Below are positions 39,407-54,839 of a stretch of 64,000 nt of DNA, in pieces; the stretch's first letter is position 1, and every line of letters starts with the position of its first letter. Source of the stretch: Octopus vulgaris (Eukaryota). The translations under genes and the position numbers were made by a program. Below the pieces are notes generated by a model. It made no database searches. It was not told where the DNA came from and saw only the letters and a list, made by a program, of their open reading frames with translations. The stretch lies in contig OX597821.1 of assembly GCA_951406725.2 (NCBI GenBank), positions 44,144,001 through 44,208,000 on the forward strand, written 5' to 3'.

Positions 39407-40149
39407 GTCAGTTCAATTAAATAAACAATAGAATTAACAATAACAGATAAGAAGCGGACGCGCACAAGGAATGTATTAGTTTGACACTCAATAAAAAGAG
39501 AGAGTTCTTGATGTTTTGAGCAGAGCTCTTTGTTGGAACTAGAATGGGAAAACCTGAAAGAAAGAAGAAATGGGAATCGGCAGCAACATGTGTATAGTTA
39601 CATTGCTGGAGTCAGCAATATATATATATACATGAGCATTTGTGTGTGTGTTGGTGTATGTTAGTTTTTGTTCCTTTGTCTTGACATCTCACAATAATTG
39701 TAAACAAATGTTACTGTCATACAAGCTACCTTATACATTTCTTGTGTTCTATGATGAAATAATACGTTTTGGGGAAACATGTGGGTTGGGAATAAGAATG
39801 GCATCTGGCCATAGAAAATTTGACTTAACAAATTCAATGTGAACCATGCAGGCATGGAAAAGTGGATGTTAATAGATGATGATAATGATGGTGATACATA
39901 TATAAGTGCACGTGCAAGCACACACACACACACACACACAAATGTGCACATGCACACCCCTCCACACAAAGTGGGAATTAGATAATAGTGAGGATGTAGG
40001 AATGATGACAAGGGAAGTAGTTCAAAGGAGAAGGATTATTGATAGCAGAAAGGGATGAAATACGTGCAGTTCAGCTTTTATATAATTACAGCAGCTGAAT
40101 GTATTGTGCCATAGTTAGAAGAGTGATACACGGATGGATGTTAGGAAGA

Positions 40150-40720
40150 TGAGCCATGATGCAGATTTGGTGCAAAGGCATAGATGTAAACAATATGATT
40201 TTCAGACCTTATTTTTGCCAAGGTCTTTCCAAGTGCAGCAAATTATCAATCATGTTGATTTTTGTCATCTCCTCTGTGGAGGTCAGTTTCATTACTTTTT
40301 CTTGCATCTCACTGGATCTCTCTCTCTCTCTCTCTGTCTTCCACAGTTTCCATCCACTTTCATTGAGCAGTACTTCTTTAGGCAGTTGTTTTCATCGAAG
40401 CACATCACATGGTCATACCAATGTTGGCTTCTCTTTTGCATACTAAATCTAATTCCATTTATACCCAATTGCATTTTGTTGAACATGCACACTGATGTTG
40501 CATGTCCTCTGCATTCATGACTCATGTCTCACTGCCATGTTGCATTACTGTTCATTCTCACATATACAAACTGCCTTTCGCTCTGAAAGAGAGAAAGGAT
40601 ATTTGTTACCAACAAAAGTAAGAGTTTTCTGAACTATCTCCATCAAGTTCTTATTCTAGCAACTATATTTTCAGAGCAATTTTCTCCAATGCCAATTAGG
40701 CCACTTAGGCCTCTAAAGAT
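40150..40720 (-). mobile_element. RTE LINE 3' fragment
   Basis: LGINGIRFSMQKRSQHWYDHV...CLKK...GNCGR. Confidence 0.7.
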
Positions 40721-40759
40721 TCTACTGGGCACTTGAGAAAATCTATTTTTCATGCATTC

Positions 40760-41185
40760 TTAGTGTTGATTGCTCTTTCCTCATGAAAGTGATGAGCAGA
40801 TTGTTTGAGGCTTGTGTTTGAACTACAATGCTGCATGGTAGTGAGACATGGTCTTTGAATGCAGAAAGAAATGAAGGAGCATGCTTGTACAGTGTGCCTG
40901 AATGATACAGTACAAATTTGTTGGAAAGAAAAAACAACTAAGTATAAAGGGAATCAGATGTGTGCAAGAAGGAGCCTGTAATGGCATGGCCATATGGCAT
41001 GTATGGATAAAGTGATGATCAGTTAAAGTGGATGAAACTTGTGGAATATTGAGTCCTGAAGAGCATGGGACAAAGTGGTGAAGGTTAATCTCAAGATGTT
41101 GAACCTCACAGAGAAGATGCCAAAAAATTGGGATGAACAGACAACATGTGATTTTTGAGAAGACATGCCTGCCACTTCTCAAACT
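40760..41185 (+). mobile_element. RTE LINE 3' fragment, opposite orientation
   Basis: LFEACV..MLHGSETWSL and WDKVVKVNLKMLNLT motifs. Confidence 0.75.
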
Positions 41186-41803
41186 GGGTCCTTCACACAA
41201 TTCCCTCTCTCCTCAAGAAACTTCCACCACTTATCATTTCTCTAACTGCAACTTTTCCTTGATTTCTTATACTGTTCTTACTACCTGACACCATTTCCCT
41301 TGTTATTCATCCTTAATTTAAAATTTCATTGATAACTTTCCCCACCCTGACTGAGTCACCAAATTATCTCTCTTCCTCCACCTCCATACATCTTTCACTC
41401 TCCTCATGCACTCTGCTTGCCTCTCTGCCTCCTATTCATTCTCATCTAAAACTATAAGTGTCTGCAACACCTTCTTAAGATTTATAGGATGATGGTTAAA
41501 ACAAGATACTTTCCTTCACAACCATGCTACCAGGTTGGAGATCATTCAAAATTTACTCTAAATTAAAAAGAGAAAGAGAACATACATACATACATACATA
41601 CATACATACATACATACATACATACATACATACATACATACATACATGCATGTATGTGTGTATTGACTAACAGTTTGACACTGTTTAATATGATTTTTAT
41701 GGGTGCATTGCATAGGATAGATGAATGAAACATTAAATAATATGGAGCTAAGTCCAACTGTTATTATAAATATATGTAACACTTCCAAATATGTGAATAC
41801 CAC

Positions 41804-42167
<364 letters not shown>

Positions 42168-42261
42168 ATACCACTTTCATTTGTTTGCTCATTTGTGTAT
42201 ATATATAATATTCATATTCATATATATATATACATACATATCATCAAACTGTACATATATC

Positions 42262-43125
42262 ATCATCATCATCATCATCGTTTAACGTCCGTTTTCCATG
42301 TTGGCATGGGTTGGACAGTTTGACTGAGGTCTGAAGAGCCAGTGGCTGCACCAGGCTCCAATCTGATCTGGCAATATTTCTACAGCTGGATGCTCTCCCC
42401 AACACCAACCACACCAAGAGTGTAGTGAGTGCTTTTTACATGCCACCGGCACAGGAGGTAGTCAGGCAGTCCTGGCATCAATCATGTTTGGATAGTGCTT
42501 TTTACGTGCCACCAGCATGGTTGCCTAGGTAGCGGAAGCTTTTAACAACTTCTAGTTTTCCCCCGGCATGTGATGGAATCTGTTTTCTGTACATTTTCAG
42601 TGTTTTTTGCCCCTGTGCATCTGCTACACACAAAAACTATCTGCTCAGTTAACCTTCCTTTGATATTGCTGCACCTTTTATATGTCCATAGCTTACATTG
42701 GGTACATCGTATGGAGTTTCCACCCATGCTTTTTCTACAGATCAAACAGGGCTATCTATCTGAAGGGATTTGTGATTTGTCAGCGTTCCTACTTTTGCTA
42801 GTTTACCCCTAAAGCCCTTCGATTCTAGGCCTTGCTTCCACACCCTAAGTTTTGTCTCTAGTTCTGGCAGTGACTCAGCTATTAGAGCAAGGTCATCAGC
42901 ACAGAGGAGCTCCCAGGGGCAGCCTGTCTTGAATTCCTCTGTTATTGCTTGGAGGATTATAATGAATAAGAGGGGGTCTGAGGACTGATCCTTGATGAAC
43001 CTCTACTTCTACCCGGAATTATTCACTATACTCGTTGCCAATCCTCAACTTACTGACAGCATCCCTGTATAGGGCTTGTACAGCTCTTACCAACCACTAG
43101 TTTATCCCCAGTTCCTGCATTGACC
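42262..43125 (-). mobile_element. RTE LINE fragment (RT core plus 3' tail ending in (GAT)n)
   Basis: VHQGSVL, WELLCADDLALIAES and CRK..GNSIRCTQCKLW..KRCS motifs. Confidence 0.9.
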
Positions 43126-43301
43126 ATCATCATGATTTTATACATACAAACATACATACATACTTACATACATACATACATACGTGTATATATATATGTG
43201 TGTGTATATATGTAGAAGATTGAAAAGTAACACACAAGTTTATATGTATAAGGAAAATAAGACAAGGTAAAAAAATGCTAAAATAATTTTATCATGAAAT
43301 A

Positions 43302-44098
43302 TTAGGTTGACAACTAAGTTCCTGCCGTTTTTTAAAATTTAAATTTTTTAAAAGGTTTGATAAAAGATAACAACTAATTAATCAGTAATGTATTCACCCT
43401 CATTGTTTACAACTTCTTCCCAACGTTCAACAAGATTTTCAATACCTTGTTTGTAGAAATTACCTGATTTCGACTCGAAAAACTGATCCACCCAAGCTCT
43501 GAATTCTGCATCAGTATTGAACAAAATTCTGTGCATAGCATTTGAAAGAGATCGAAAGAGGTGGAAATCTGCTAGTGCCAAATCAGGAGAGTATGGCGAG
43601 TATGGCAGCACTTCCCAGCCATACATTTGAATGGCTTCCTTGGTCATATTGGCGATATGAGGGTGGGCATTGTCGTGCAGCAGAAGAACTCCATGCTGCC
43701 AATTAGGTTTTTTCTCTTGAATAGCCGTGTTGAGTCGTTCCATTTGTTGGTTCCATTTAAGCGATTCATAATTGATAATCCCTTCCCAGTCCCACCATAT
43801 GCACAACATCGTTTTACACGGATGAAAATCTTGTCTCACGCGCGATGTTGCTTGTTTACCGGGGCTAAGCCATTCCTTATGCTGCTTCATATAGATGTAC
43901 AGGCACCATTTTCTGTCGCCAGTAACAATTCGGTAAAGAAATCATTGCTTCTATCCATGAGTCGAGTGGTGACGAGCAAACAAACCAGCGGAAATTGTGA
44001 CTCATTGATTTTTGTTGCTGTCACTCCATACTTCTGAACCTTTCCCTTCAAGTGAAGATGATTCTCTATAGCAGTGTGGGAGCATTCCATTTTCCTGA
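43302..44098 (-). mobile_element. 5'-truncated mariner (DD34D) element
   Basis: ORF 43378-43890 with MLCIWWD, LLHDNA and YSPDLALADFHLF (34 spacing); TA|ttaggttgacaactaagttc TIR. Confidence 0.93.
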
Positions 44099-44937
44099 TA
44101 TATACGTTAACTTGTTCAGGATATCAAAAGCAATATATTGGTCAGATCTTTGTGATTTTTTTCACTGCATGTCAAAATTTTTTTAAAATTTTTAATTTTT
44201 GATGCTGAATCCAAATTTGTCATTAATTTATTTCAGAAAAATTTTAGCAAAACTGATATAGGTGTTCAAAGTTTGATAATTTTCAGAATTTTCAGCCAAT
44301 CAGAAAACAGCATGTTCACTGCCTCTTCCATCACCTATCACAATAGCGTGAAAGAGTGGGGACACCAGCATGTCAAAACATTAAACTAGCTACAGTAAAC
44401 AGTGAAAAACGTTCTTGAATCGAATTCCTACTCTTATGGAAACAAGCAATTATAGATCATGTGGTGGCTACACTCTTTGTGTGCACGTGCAATATTTTTG
44501 GTTACTATGGAAACAGAGTTCTTCGTGATCAGCTATGGAACTCTTGGTGCTTTGTTGCTTACTATGCTAACAGAACTTCACAGTGATGTGTAAAATACTT
44601 GCTCCTGATTGGCTAAAATACCCAAATTTTGCAAACTTTTGGTATAGACTAAAAAGTCTACACTAATCTCCTCCTTCTTCTTCTTATTCTGCTGCTGCTG
44701 CTGCTCTACCATCAAACTTCAGAACCAAATATTTCTCTGCACTCATAAACACTATTTTTTCAAATCTGCTACTACCTACTGAGGCTTCAGAAAGGTAAAA
44801 AGAGAGAGAGAAACAGAAAAAAGGAAAATGTCCTACTTATTTGAAGACCATGGAAACACTTACAAAATATTTCATTTAATTTTTTTCTTGAATTTAATTG
44901 TTTTTCTACTTGATTAATATCCACCTTTGTTGCACTC

Positions 44938-44975
44938 TTAGCTGAAAAAGTCGAAAAGACTGAAACCAGTACTAA
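44938..44975 (+). ncRNA. minimal type I hammerhead relic (G8-to-A substitution)
   Basis: UUAG CUGAAAA AGUC gaaaa GACU GAAAC ca GUA CUAA. Confidence 0.6.
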
Positions 44976-45035
44976 CTGTTTCAATATGTATTTCATGATA
45001 AAATTATTTTGGCATTTTCTACCTTTCCTTATTTT

Positions 45036-45086
<51 letters not shown>

Positions 45087-45686
45087 TATATATGTGCTCA
45101 ACACTGTTCAACATTCTCGTTGTTCAACATCTATGTGTGTGTGTGTGTATAATTAAATATATATGGTGATAGGTAGATACTGTGATCATAATCAACATTG
45201 ACTAATCGATTCCTCTCAACTTCTCTGTCAATATAGGCAGTTGTATGCTTTTTTCAATAGAGCACCATGTATCTCTCTTTCCATCACATTATTAACCAGG
45301 TAAATTAAGCCTGAGAGACACCGCACAATCAGTCTGTTTGGCCATCAGTCCATTAAACTGTACATGTTTTGTGATAAACATGAAACATTTATTTTCTCTT
45401 TCAATCTATTCTATACAATTTTCCATTTGTCAGTCCAACGGTTTCTAGATCCGCTTCTGTCACTGTCTGTATATGTATCTATAGAGTTTATCCATCATTC
45501 TATGTATGTACTTGTGTAAATGTCTATAATAAGACTCTTTACTTCCCTTTCTCGGTATCACTCTTTATACATGTACATGTATGAGAGAGTATATATACAC
45601 ACTTACACACACAAATATATACATTGAGCTAGATGGATGTATAGAAACATATACATAAATGAATAAATATCTGTCTACCTACCTAC

Positions 45687-45732
<46 letters not shown>

Positions 45733-45737
45733 CTCTT

Positions 45738-45777
<40 letters not shown>

Positions 45778-46058
45778 TACACACACACACACACATACAG
45801 ATATCCATTTAATTTTGTTTGAGCAAAAGCCTCATAATGCACTTTTAAAAGCTCCTATGATCCTCTGTTCACTACCACCTGTTAATTCCATCTCCAAAGG
45901 TAATTTGATAGTATGGTTATACATGTGGAAAAAAAAAATATATATATATATAAGATGCCAGACTCTTTATTTCTGAGAGGCATAAATACCATGTCACTTA
46001 GATCAACAGTGTGAAAGAGAAGACACACCATTATAAATATGCATGTGTACACATACAT

Positions 46059-46121
<63 letters not shown>

Positions 46122-46789
46122 AATGTGTGTGTGTTGGAGCAGTATGTCCAAATGGTTAAGAAGTTTGCTTTGCAACAGTGAAATATTGGGTTTAATCCCA
46201 CTGAGAGGCTTCATGAGCAAATATCATTTTCTATAGCCTCAGTTCAGCCCATTGCTTGTGAGTGAAAGTCTGTTGATGGAAATTGTACAGAAGCCCATCA
46301 GACGGATTACAACTGTAATTCAATGGTACAGCCTTGTCAGATATTGTCTCAGTGATTCTGCTTGAAAATTACATTTGTGATGTCTGTGGAATACTCAGCT
46401 ACTCATAAGTTAATCCAGAAGCAGTTAATTCAGTTGACTGCACAACTGAATGACTTGCTCCAGAACACTAGGCTACCATACAGTCTCTGATCGCCACCCC
46501 CATCACCTGGGCCTTCAGAGAGCTTTGTAGAGCATCGATAATTGTAAGAGACTGAAGTATATTCTAATGCTGATAGGATAGGCAAGTTGTTGGGATGCAG
46601 TCTTAGCTATTCTAAGGATGTCCTTTTGTGAGAAGGGACTCTTGGAGACTGTTGAACTCAAGAACTGGAGAATGTTTGGTTAGTTCCATCTGAGGTCTGC
46701 TCATGGTTAATGAGGATACAGTGCAATGATATTTTTCTTGACATAAGTAACATATTGTAAAGCAGCAAACTGGTGGAACCATTAACATG

Positions 46790-46950
46790 CTGGGAAAAAT
46801 GCTTAGCAGCTTTCTGTTCAAATTCTACCAAGGTCGACTTTGCCTTTCATCTTTCCGGGGTCAATAAAATAAGTACCAGTTGAGCACTGGGATCGATCTA
46901 ACTGACTTATCTCCTTCTCCGAAATTGCTGGCCTTGTGCCAAAATTTGAA
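46790..46950 (+). mobile_element. Meta-domain SINE
   Basis: gtcgactttgcctttcatctttccggggtcaataaaataagtacc. Confidence 0.88.
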
Positions 46951-47434
46951 GCCAATAAAAGTAACATATCTATGTGTATTTATATATGCATGTGTATATT
47001 TATGTATGTACATATGTGTGTGTTGTGTATGAGAGTGAGTGAGTATGTATGTGTTAAATAATCGAACATCATAATGTATACTTCCTTTTTTTTTTTTCTG
47101 CCTCAATGATATTTTATGCAGTAATCTTAATATTTTAAAAGTAAACTTCCAATTTATTTTTAGTACTTACAATATGTATGTATGTATGTATCTTGTGTGT
47201 GCGTGCGTGTGTGTGTGTCTTACCTTTGCAAAATGAAAAACATGTTTATCTGTGAAGCTCAAATTTATTGCAGTTGCAGAATAATATTTGTAGTTTATCA
47301 GTTTTGATAAATTACAGATATATTTTAGATATGTCTGTTTTTTATCATTTCAATAAGATATGACTACAGAGAAAGAATGGATTTTCAAAGAAATATGGAT
47401 GACTTTTACTCAGCTCACAAAACCAACATCTGCA

Positions 47435-47481
<47 letters not shown>

Positions 47482-47583
47482 CATATATATGTACACATAT
47501 ACACTCACACACATACACTTGTGTGTGTGTATACATGTATCATACATACAACATATGTACACATGCACACATATCTATGTCTG

Positions 47584-47641
<58 letters not shown>

Positions 47642-47643
47642 CA

Positions 47644-47681
<38 letters not shown>

Positions 47682-47699
47682 TTTACATACATATATATC

Positions 47700-48105
47700 A
47701 TCATCATCATCATCATTTCACATCCATTTTCCATGTTGGCATGGGTTAGCTGGTTTGACTGAAAAACTGGTTAGCTGAGGAGCTGCACCAGGTTTCAATC
47801 TGATTTGGCATGGTTTCCACAGCTGGATGCCCTTCCTAATGTCACCCACTTCAAGCGTGTAGTAAGTTCTTTTTACATGCCACCAGCATGAGTGCCAGTT
47901 ACGAAACACCAGCATCGGTCGCAAATACAATCTTACTTGGCTTGGCAGGTCTTCTCAAGCACAATACATTGCCAAAGGTCTTGGTCACTTGTCACTGCCT
48001 CTGTGAGACCCAAAGTTTGAAGAGTGCTTTTTATGTGCCACTGGCTCAGGTGCCAGGTATGTGACACTGGCATCAGCCATGACAACAATTTCACTTGGCT
48101 TCACT
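47700..48105 (-). mobile_element. RTE-tailed SINE-like element
   Basis: Shares the ctggatgcccttccta / ccatgttggcatggg tail with 42262-42520; relatives at 49245-49475, 54330-54600 and 63060-63250. Confidence 0.7.
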
Positions 48106-49557
48106 ATATATATAAGCAGAAAACAGGGATGGTATTCAATGCTTTGTGGGACATACACATGTTTCACTAAAATATCAACATCATTACGTAACAGTTGCAA
48201 AAACATTACTCACTCAAGCTCTTTACCTCATTGGTATCCTGCAGTAAACATAGCAGGGCACTGATGTGGTAAAGTGCATGATCACATAATGTTTCTATAA
48301 CTGTAATCTAATTATTTTGGCATTATGCTGAAATGTATGTGTGTCCTCTAATGCATTGACTGCCATGCCTGTTTTCTGCTTATTATCATTGTTTCCATTA
48401 TTTGTCTCATACACACCTATCCCATGCTTGATGCTCTGCATTGTGCTGCACTGAATACTGGAGTGGAGTATTGAAACCAGAATTGACCTCGATTTTAGAT
48501 TGTATGTCACATTTCACTGTACCCCACTTTTTAAATATATATACATCATCATCATCAACATCTGCATCAACATCATCATTATCATCACACCATTGTTTTA
48601 ACATTCACTTTTACATGTTTACATGAGTCAGATGAAATTTGTGAAGGCAGGTTTTTTTATGCAACCAGATGCAAATCCCTGTTGCAAAGTCCCACCTGTT
48701 TTCAAGCAAAGATGTATTTACCAGTGGTGGGACATGCTTTTGTGAGAGACTGGAAATGAATGGTATCACATGTATGATGGTGATGCTCTTTTTATATCAA
48801 ATGCAAGATGTCAACTCAGGGAAACACAAACACACACACATGTGCACACACACATGCATACACATATACATGCATACACACACACATATACATGCACACA
48901 CACATATATACACACATCCATTTAATATACTTCATCCATCTAATCAGGTAATATTCTGTCAAATATTTGACAGAATATCACTTGATGTAATGCATGGCAT
49001 CCCCCTACCCAATGTTCCTTGACAATATGTCCCAACACAACTTCCCCGCCACCTCTTTTATTATCGCTCTCTTTATCTTACACTCTGACACACCTTCCCT
49101 CTTTTTCTTACTCTCCATCTCACTCTCTTTTCTCTTTCTCTTCTATTTATTAACTCCACAGCAAGACACCTATCTCTGTCCCTATCTACTTTTAATCTCT
49201 CATCAACTGGTACAAAACACCCCCACTAAATACTATTCCCCTCCCAGGTGAGGGGCTTTTGTCTTGCGAGTTACTTGCTATTGGTGCTGGTGCCACATAA
49301 AAAGTGTCTGGTACTCTCTGTAAATTGGTTGGCGTTAGGAAGGGCATCCAGCTGTAGAAACCAAATCAAAACAGACAATGGAGCCTGGTACAGCTTCCAG
49401 CCTTGTCATCACCTGTCAAATCATACAACACATGCCAGCATGAAAAATGGATGTTAAATGACTATGATAATGATGATATTTATTGAAATCATATTTTAAT
49501 TAAACCATGCTATAGAAATGCATGTAATGATGTTTTAAACTATCCATTTTTGTTTAC

Positions 49558-49591
<34 letters not shown>

Positions 49592-49673
49592 TGTATGTAT
49601 GTATGTATGTATGTATGTATGTATGTATGCATGTATGTATGTATGTATGTATGTATGTATGTATGTATGTATG

Positions 49674-49707
<34 letters not shown>

Positions 49708-50229
49708 AAGAGAGAGAGAAAAATTGACACACACATGCATGCACACACACACATACATGTATATATATATATATAACAGAATTGTTATTATATACATTAT
49801 GTAACTGTTATTTATTTTATCAACCTAGGAGGTATATATATTGATTCACCCTCATCTGTATTTGAACTTAGAATAATATAGAACTAAAACTTTCAAAATG
49901 CTGCCTTTATATTTCTTTTTACCAAACTTTTATTTTCTTTAAAGAAATATTGATTTCTTCTTTTGGCGTAAAAACAATATTTCCGGCAGATGATCATTAA
50001 TTGATTTTTATCAATATATCAATATCGTATTAATTCACTTGTCCTCAATGTCAGCATTCTGTGAGGTTACAAATATGCTGATACAGCCTTCTTCAAACAT
50101 AAATTCAATAGAATCAATAGAATGAGATGTCAATGATGGGAATATCACTGGTATTTATCTGGTAAAACTTGTTGATGCAAAGTAAAATGTATAGAAACAG
50201 AGTGGATTTTTTCCTTCCCTTTTATTATT

Positions 50230-51560
50230 TTGGCCTGGATGAGGTGAGTGGCAGTGTCCAAGGTCTTTGAAAGCCTTCCACAATGAGTGAGATCGATCTT
50301 ATTAACTTGCCTTTTGAATGATTGTAAATTTACTACTGCAGGTAAAAGGTGGACATTACAGAAAGCTGGTGTTCTAGAAGGGAAGGCCAAGTATTTTGGT
50401 TAGTATGTGGACCCAAGATAGATATGTAGTGGTAGGGATGAGTGAATTGGGATTGTCTGAGTGGTGGTGGCATGAGAACAGCCAGCCCCTTGGAGCAGAG
50501 GCAACTGTAATAGCGGCAGTAAAGACAGAAAAGGGTTACAACACATCTGTGGGTCAGTATTTATGAGTGACTTAATGCCTCAGTTAGGTGACTCCTTTGA
50601 GGGGTATGGTCAAGGATGTCTGTGTATGTAATGGCAGCAATGTCTCAACTATAGAACCAGTACTCCATTGTGAGTCTCAACTCAAGTAACAGCAACAAGG
50701 TTATAGATATGGGACCAGTAGATAGATATGAGGCCCCAGCTGAACTTTAATTGAAGATTGGTAGTTGTTAGGAGCAGGTTTGGTATGAAGTATTTTGTTT
50801 GGAAATGGATAAAGCTCTGATGCAGAAGCTGAAGTAGGTATAGAAACTGTGTATAGAAGTAAATGAAAGTGAAAGTGTTATTGAGGACACTAGAGGGGAT
50901 AAAGTGTGGATCAGGGTCAACTCCATCAATAGGAATCCCCTAGACAGATTGACCATGCATAGAATATCGTATGTATTTTATAGTCAGAGCATGCCATGGC
51001 TTTGGACTCAAACCTACTAATTTGTAGTTTGTATTTATCCACAACATACTCAAGACATACTGGCATCAACAATGATGTCTAGGTTATGCCATTTCAAAGG
51101 AAATCAGCATTTTTGATCAGAAGTTTCTGCAACGGAGCATGTCATCAAATGAGAGAAGGGAGTTGAATTACTATCGCTGCTATCATTCATCGATGGACAT
51201 GAAACCTGACCACCACTGATTACATTGAAGAGGGAGAGCATGATGAAGGTGACAAGGATAGGGACTAACTCTGAGTAATGAAAGGGACATATTCAGGATT
51301 GGAGGTGGGGTGCCTTGTTGATTTGAAGCAACTGGAGTTCTTTTGGGGTATAAATGTGTAAGTGGTAGAGAGGAAAAAGATAGTTAGGGAAAAATTGACC
51401 TGTGTGTACTGTGTGAAGTTGGACATAAACTGAGTCATAAATGTAGGTTCATTTTCAGACAGGTACTGCATACAGAACCATTATGATTCAGAAGTGGTAC
51501 AAAAGAGGGCTTCACAGAGTTAGTGAAGAACCTTTTGGCAAGGTCTCAATGGCATCAAAC
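50230..51560 (-). mobile_element. highly decayed CR1/L2-group LINE
   Basis: NLQSFKRQVNKIDLTH C-terminus, CRYYSCLCS motif and weak RT remnants. Confidence 0.55.
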
Positions 51561-53355
51561 TGCAATACAAGTAATAAAACAGTTTGCAAACTGTTATGTG
51601 TCTATAAAGTCTTCACATTTTGGATGATGGTTTTGTAGGAGCTGCTCTGCTGGATAAAAACTGCCCATTTAATAAAAAAAGCTGGTTATAACTCAAAATG
51701 TGACTAAAACATAGAAGCACAGTCAGATATCTTTTCTAAATCACTGGTGTTTATTTTATTTTATTTATTCATTTTTTTTTTTGCCTGGGGAGGGTTGTTA
51801 CAAAATTTGAACATTAAGAAGTTGAAATATTCAAGAATGCCAAGAATGCATCGTTTAGATGGGGCTTTTTAAACAAGTTATTCTATTTTGATGTTTTCTT
51901 TCCTCTAATGAAAAACATTCACTCCTCTGCTTTTCATCAAAATAATGTTTGTTGAAATGGCACAACATCAAGTGTTATAGGTGGATTGTTGAATCATGTA
52001 AATTGGTCTCCTTGTATTAGGGGTCAATATAAAGACAACATCAAGGACAAGATGTCCAGTTGTTATGTAAGGAGATTAAATATGTCACTATCTCCACTAA
52101 ATCAATGTTATAATCAACATAAATACTAAATTGATATCAGTGTGTTTATGGATATTTCTGTGTATTGTCTTGTTAATCAATGATTTTCTTAAACATCTCA
52201 TTAGTAAGAGAAATGAATAAAGTACAGTGAAACACAATGATTAGGAGATATATGGTTGTAGTGGCTGTTGTAGCTTTGAGGTGAAGATGGCAGTAGTAGT
52301 GATGGTGGTTGCAGTGGTGGCAGAAACTGTTGTCATCATCAACTATTGCAAGGAAGAAGTGAAATGGTTGGACTCTTGTGAATGACATTAACATGATTGA
52401 ATATTGAGTGTGAACTTTATATAGTGGAATATTATGAGGATAAACTTAAGGAGAGTATCAGTAGAAATGACTTCCAACTGTGAATATCCTTGCTTCAACA
52501 ATATGGAAATGTAAAAAAGAAAAATAATAATAATAAAACTAGTTATAAAATCTAAAAAATCAAATAATGCATTCTAATTCAAAATGGAAGGAAAAGAATT
52601 CCAAACAAGAAACAAATCTACAGTAATTGGTTTCACTAATCATTAAACAGTTTGTGAAGCCTTATATTAAGTCATTATAATTTCTGAGAATACCTTTACT
52701 TAATTAGATCTAAATATTGTTACATAATTATTATTTAGTTTAAGGGAGTTACAAGCAAATGAGGGAGAATCTACGTGGTTATTTAAGCTGCTAGAAATAA
52801 CAACCAGTTCCTCTCTAATTAACACCCTATCATCTTACAAAGGAGGAAGACATGTTGGATAACAAAATCTGAGCTACACTACATGTAGGAAAATATACAT
52901 GATAAGATGGTCAGCACTAACTTATCTTTCATCATATGTGTACTAACTTGTGATCAAAGTTTGACCTGGTACTAAACCTCAAGAACGATAGCAAACAGTA
53001 CTCCATATTTGTTGTTATTATTAGCTTATACTGTGTAAGTTCATATGTGAGAATTAGAGTGTATTTATACACCACTCTAGTACACTACAGATATACACAT
53101 TTTAGTGAAAATCTCAGTGGTATTTGATGTTAGGACTGCAGTGGGGTACCAACCTAGATACAATCAATAAACCAGTACATCTTACCTTGGAACATCATCA
53201 CCATATTAAATTTGGTTGACAGAAACTTTGTAGAAGTGCCTGTAATTTGGTGGTCTAAAACTTAGTTGCAATGTCAAAGAGAGAAACCATTTCCATTTCT
53301 TGGATGAGAGGGAAGATTAATTAATTGTTGAAACTTAAGTAGTGTGTGTGTGTGT

Positions 53356-53409
<54 letters not shown>

Positions 53410-53410
<1 letters not shown>

Positions 53411-53667
53411 TTGTGAAGAAAGAACATAAATTCCTTGGGGTTCTCTACAGCTATTTCAGATGTTTTTTTTTATTGATGGATAAATCAATTATATCATGCA
53501 AAAAAAAAATTTCCTTTAGGTGAAATTAATTAATTATATATATATGTGTGTGTATTTTATAAGCTTAAAGCTTATAAGGGATCACCATATCGGGGCATAT
53601 AAGCCCTTGACAGAAAAAGGAGGGTTTTCCATATTTTTTTCCATTGAGGGCTTATAGCTTATGAAAT
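53410..53667. repeat. interspersed repeat/MITE-like unit, second copy at 55103-55322
   Basis: ctacagctatttcag...attgatggataaatc and tattttataagcttaaagcttataag.gatcacca present in both. Confidence 0.7.
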
Positions 53668-54181
53668 ATTATTATTATTATTTACTGGATCGTAAAAATT
53701 GACACAACTTTCCAAAAGACCATTGCAGATATATGTATGTTTGTATGTATGTATATATATATATACAAACACACACTCAAACACACGTACATGCACACAC
53801 ATCTTTATACACACATACACACCCTTTTTTATGATTATATTGACTTATTTAAAACTTATCTTGCATGATATCTAACTGATATTTAGAACTCCCTGCACAT
53901 CCTTATGAATCAAAAGACAAAACTTCAAAGAGAACTGGTGCATTGTAGTCCATCTTATCTTTCACTGGTCCCAATTCTTAGAATGATCACTTAGTACATA
54001 CAGGACAAAAACAGACAAGAGAATTTGTTCAAATGTTTCATGGATATTATTGTAAATGGAACCTGTAAGTTGATGTAATTAGATAATCTATGAAGAAATT
54101 CTCCAGTACCCTCTCACCCACTCTCTCTCTCTCTCCACACACACACACACATACACATATATATATATATATATGCATATG

Positions 54182-54256
<75 letters not shown>

Positions 54257-54839
54257 ATGTATTATATATAGATGTGTGTACGTATATATATATATATATA
54301 TACATATATATTTTTATATACATACCTGGCACCTGGCCGTACTCAAGAAGACCTATACCTCACAGCAGAAGTGTTAAGACCAAACCTGTGGTGTGACATA
54401 AAAGCGTCTGTGCAGTGCCATGTAAAAGCATCTAACACACTCTGTATAGTGGTTGGTATTAGGAAGGGCATCCAGCCATACAAACCATGCCAAATCAGAT
54501 TGGCATCTTTTGCAGCCCCCCAGCTTACCTACTCTGGTCATATCATCCAACCCATGCCAGAAAATGGACATTAAAGGATTATGATGACAATGAAGATGAT
54601 ATATATATATATATATATGCACAGGCATGGTTGTATGGTTAAGACGCTTGCTTCCCAACCATGTGGTTTCAGATTCAGTCCACTGCATGAAAACCTTGGG
54701 CAAGTGTTTTCCAAAGAAGGGCTAAAGTTAGAGAGATGGTGAATGATGGAGGTGTCTTGAGGAAGAAATTGGAGCTGTGTTTCCAGAATCAATTTGTCAA
54801 GGCAAGCTGGTTGTCTCGAGAACTGCATATCTCCACTGA

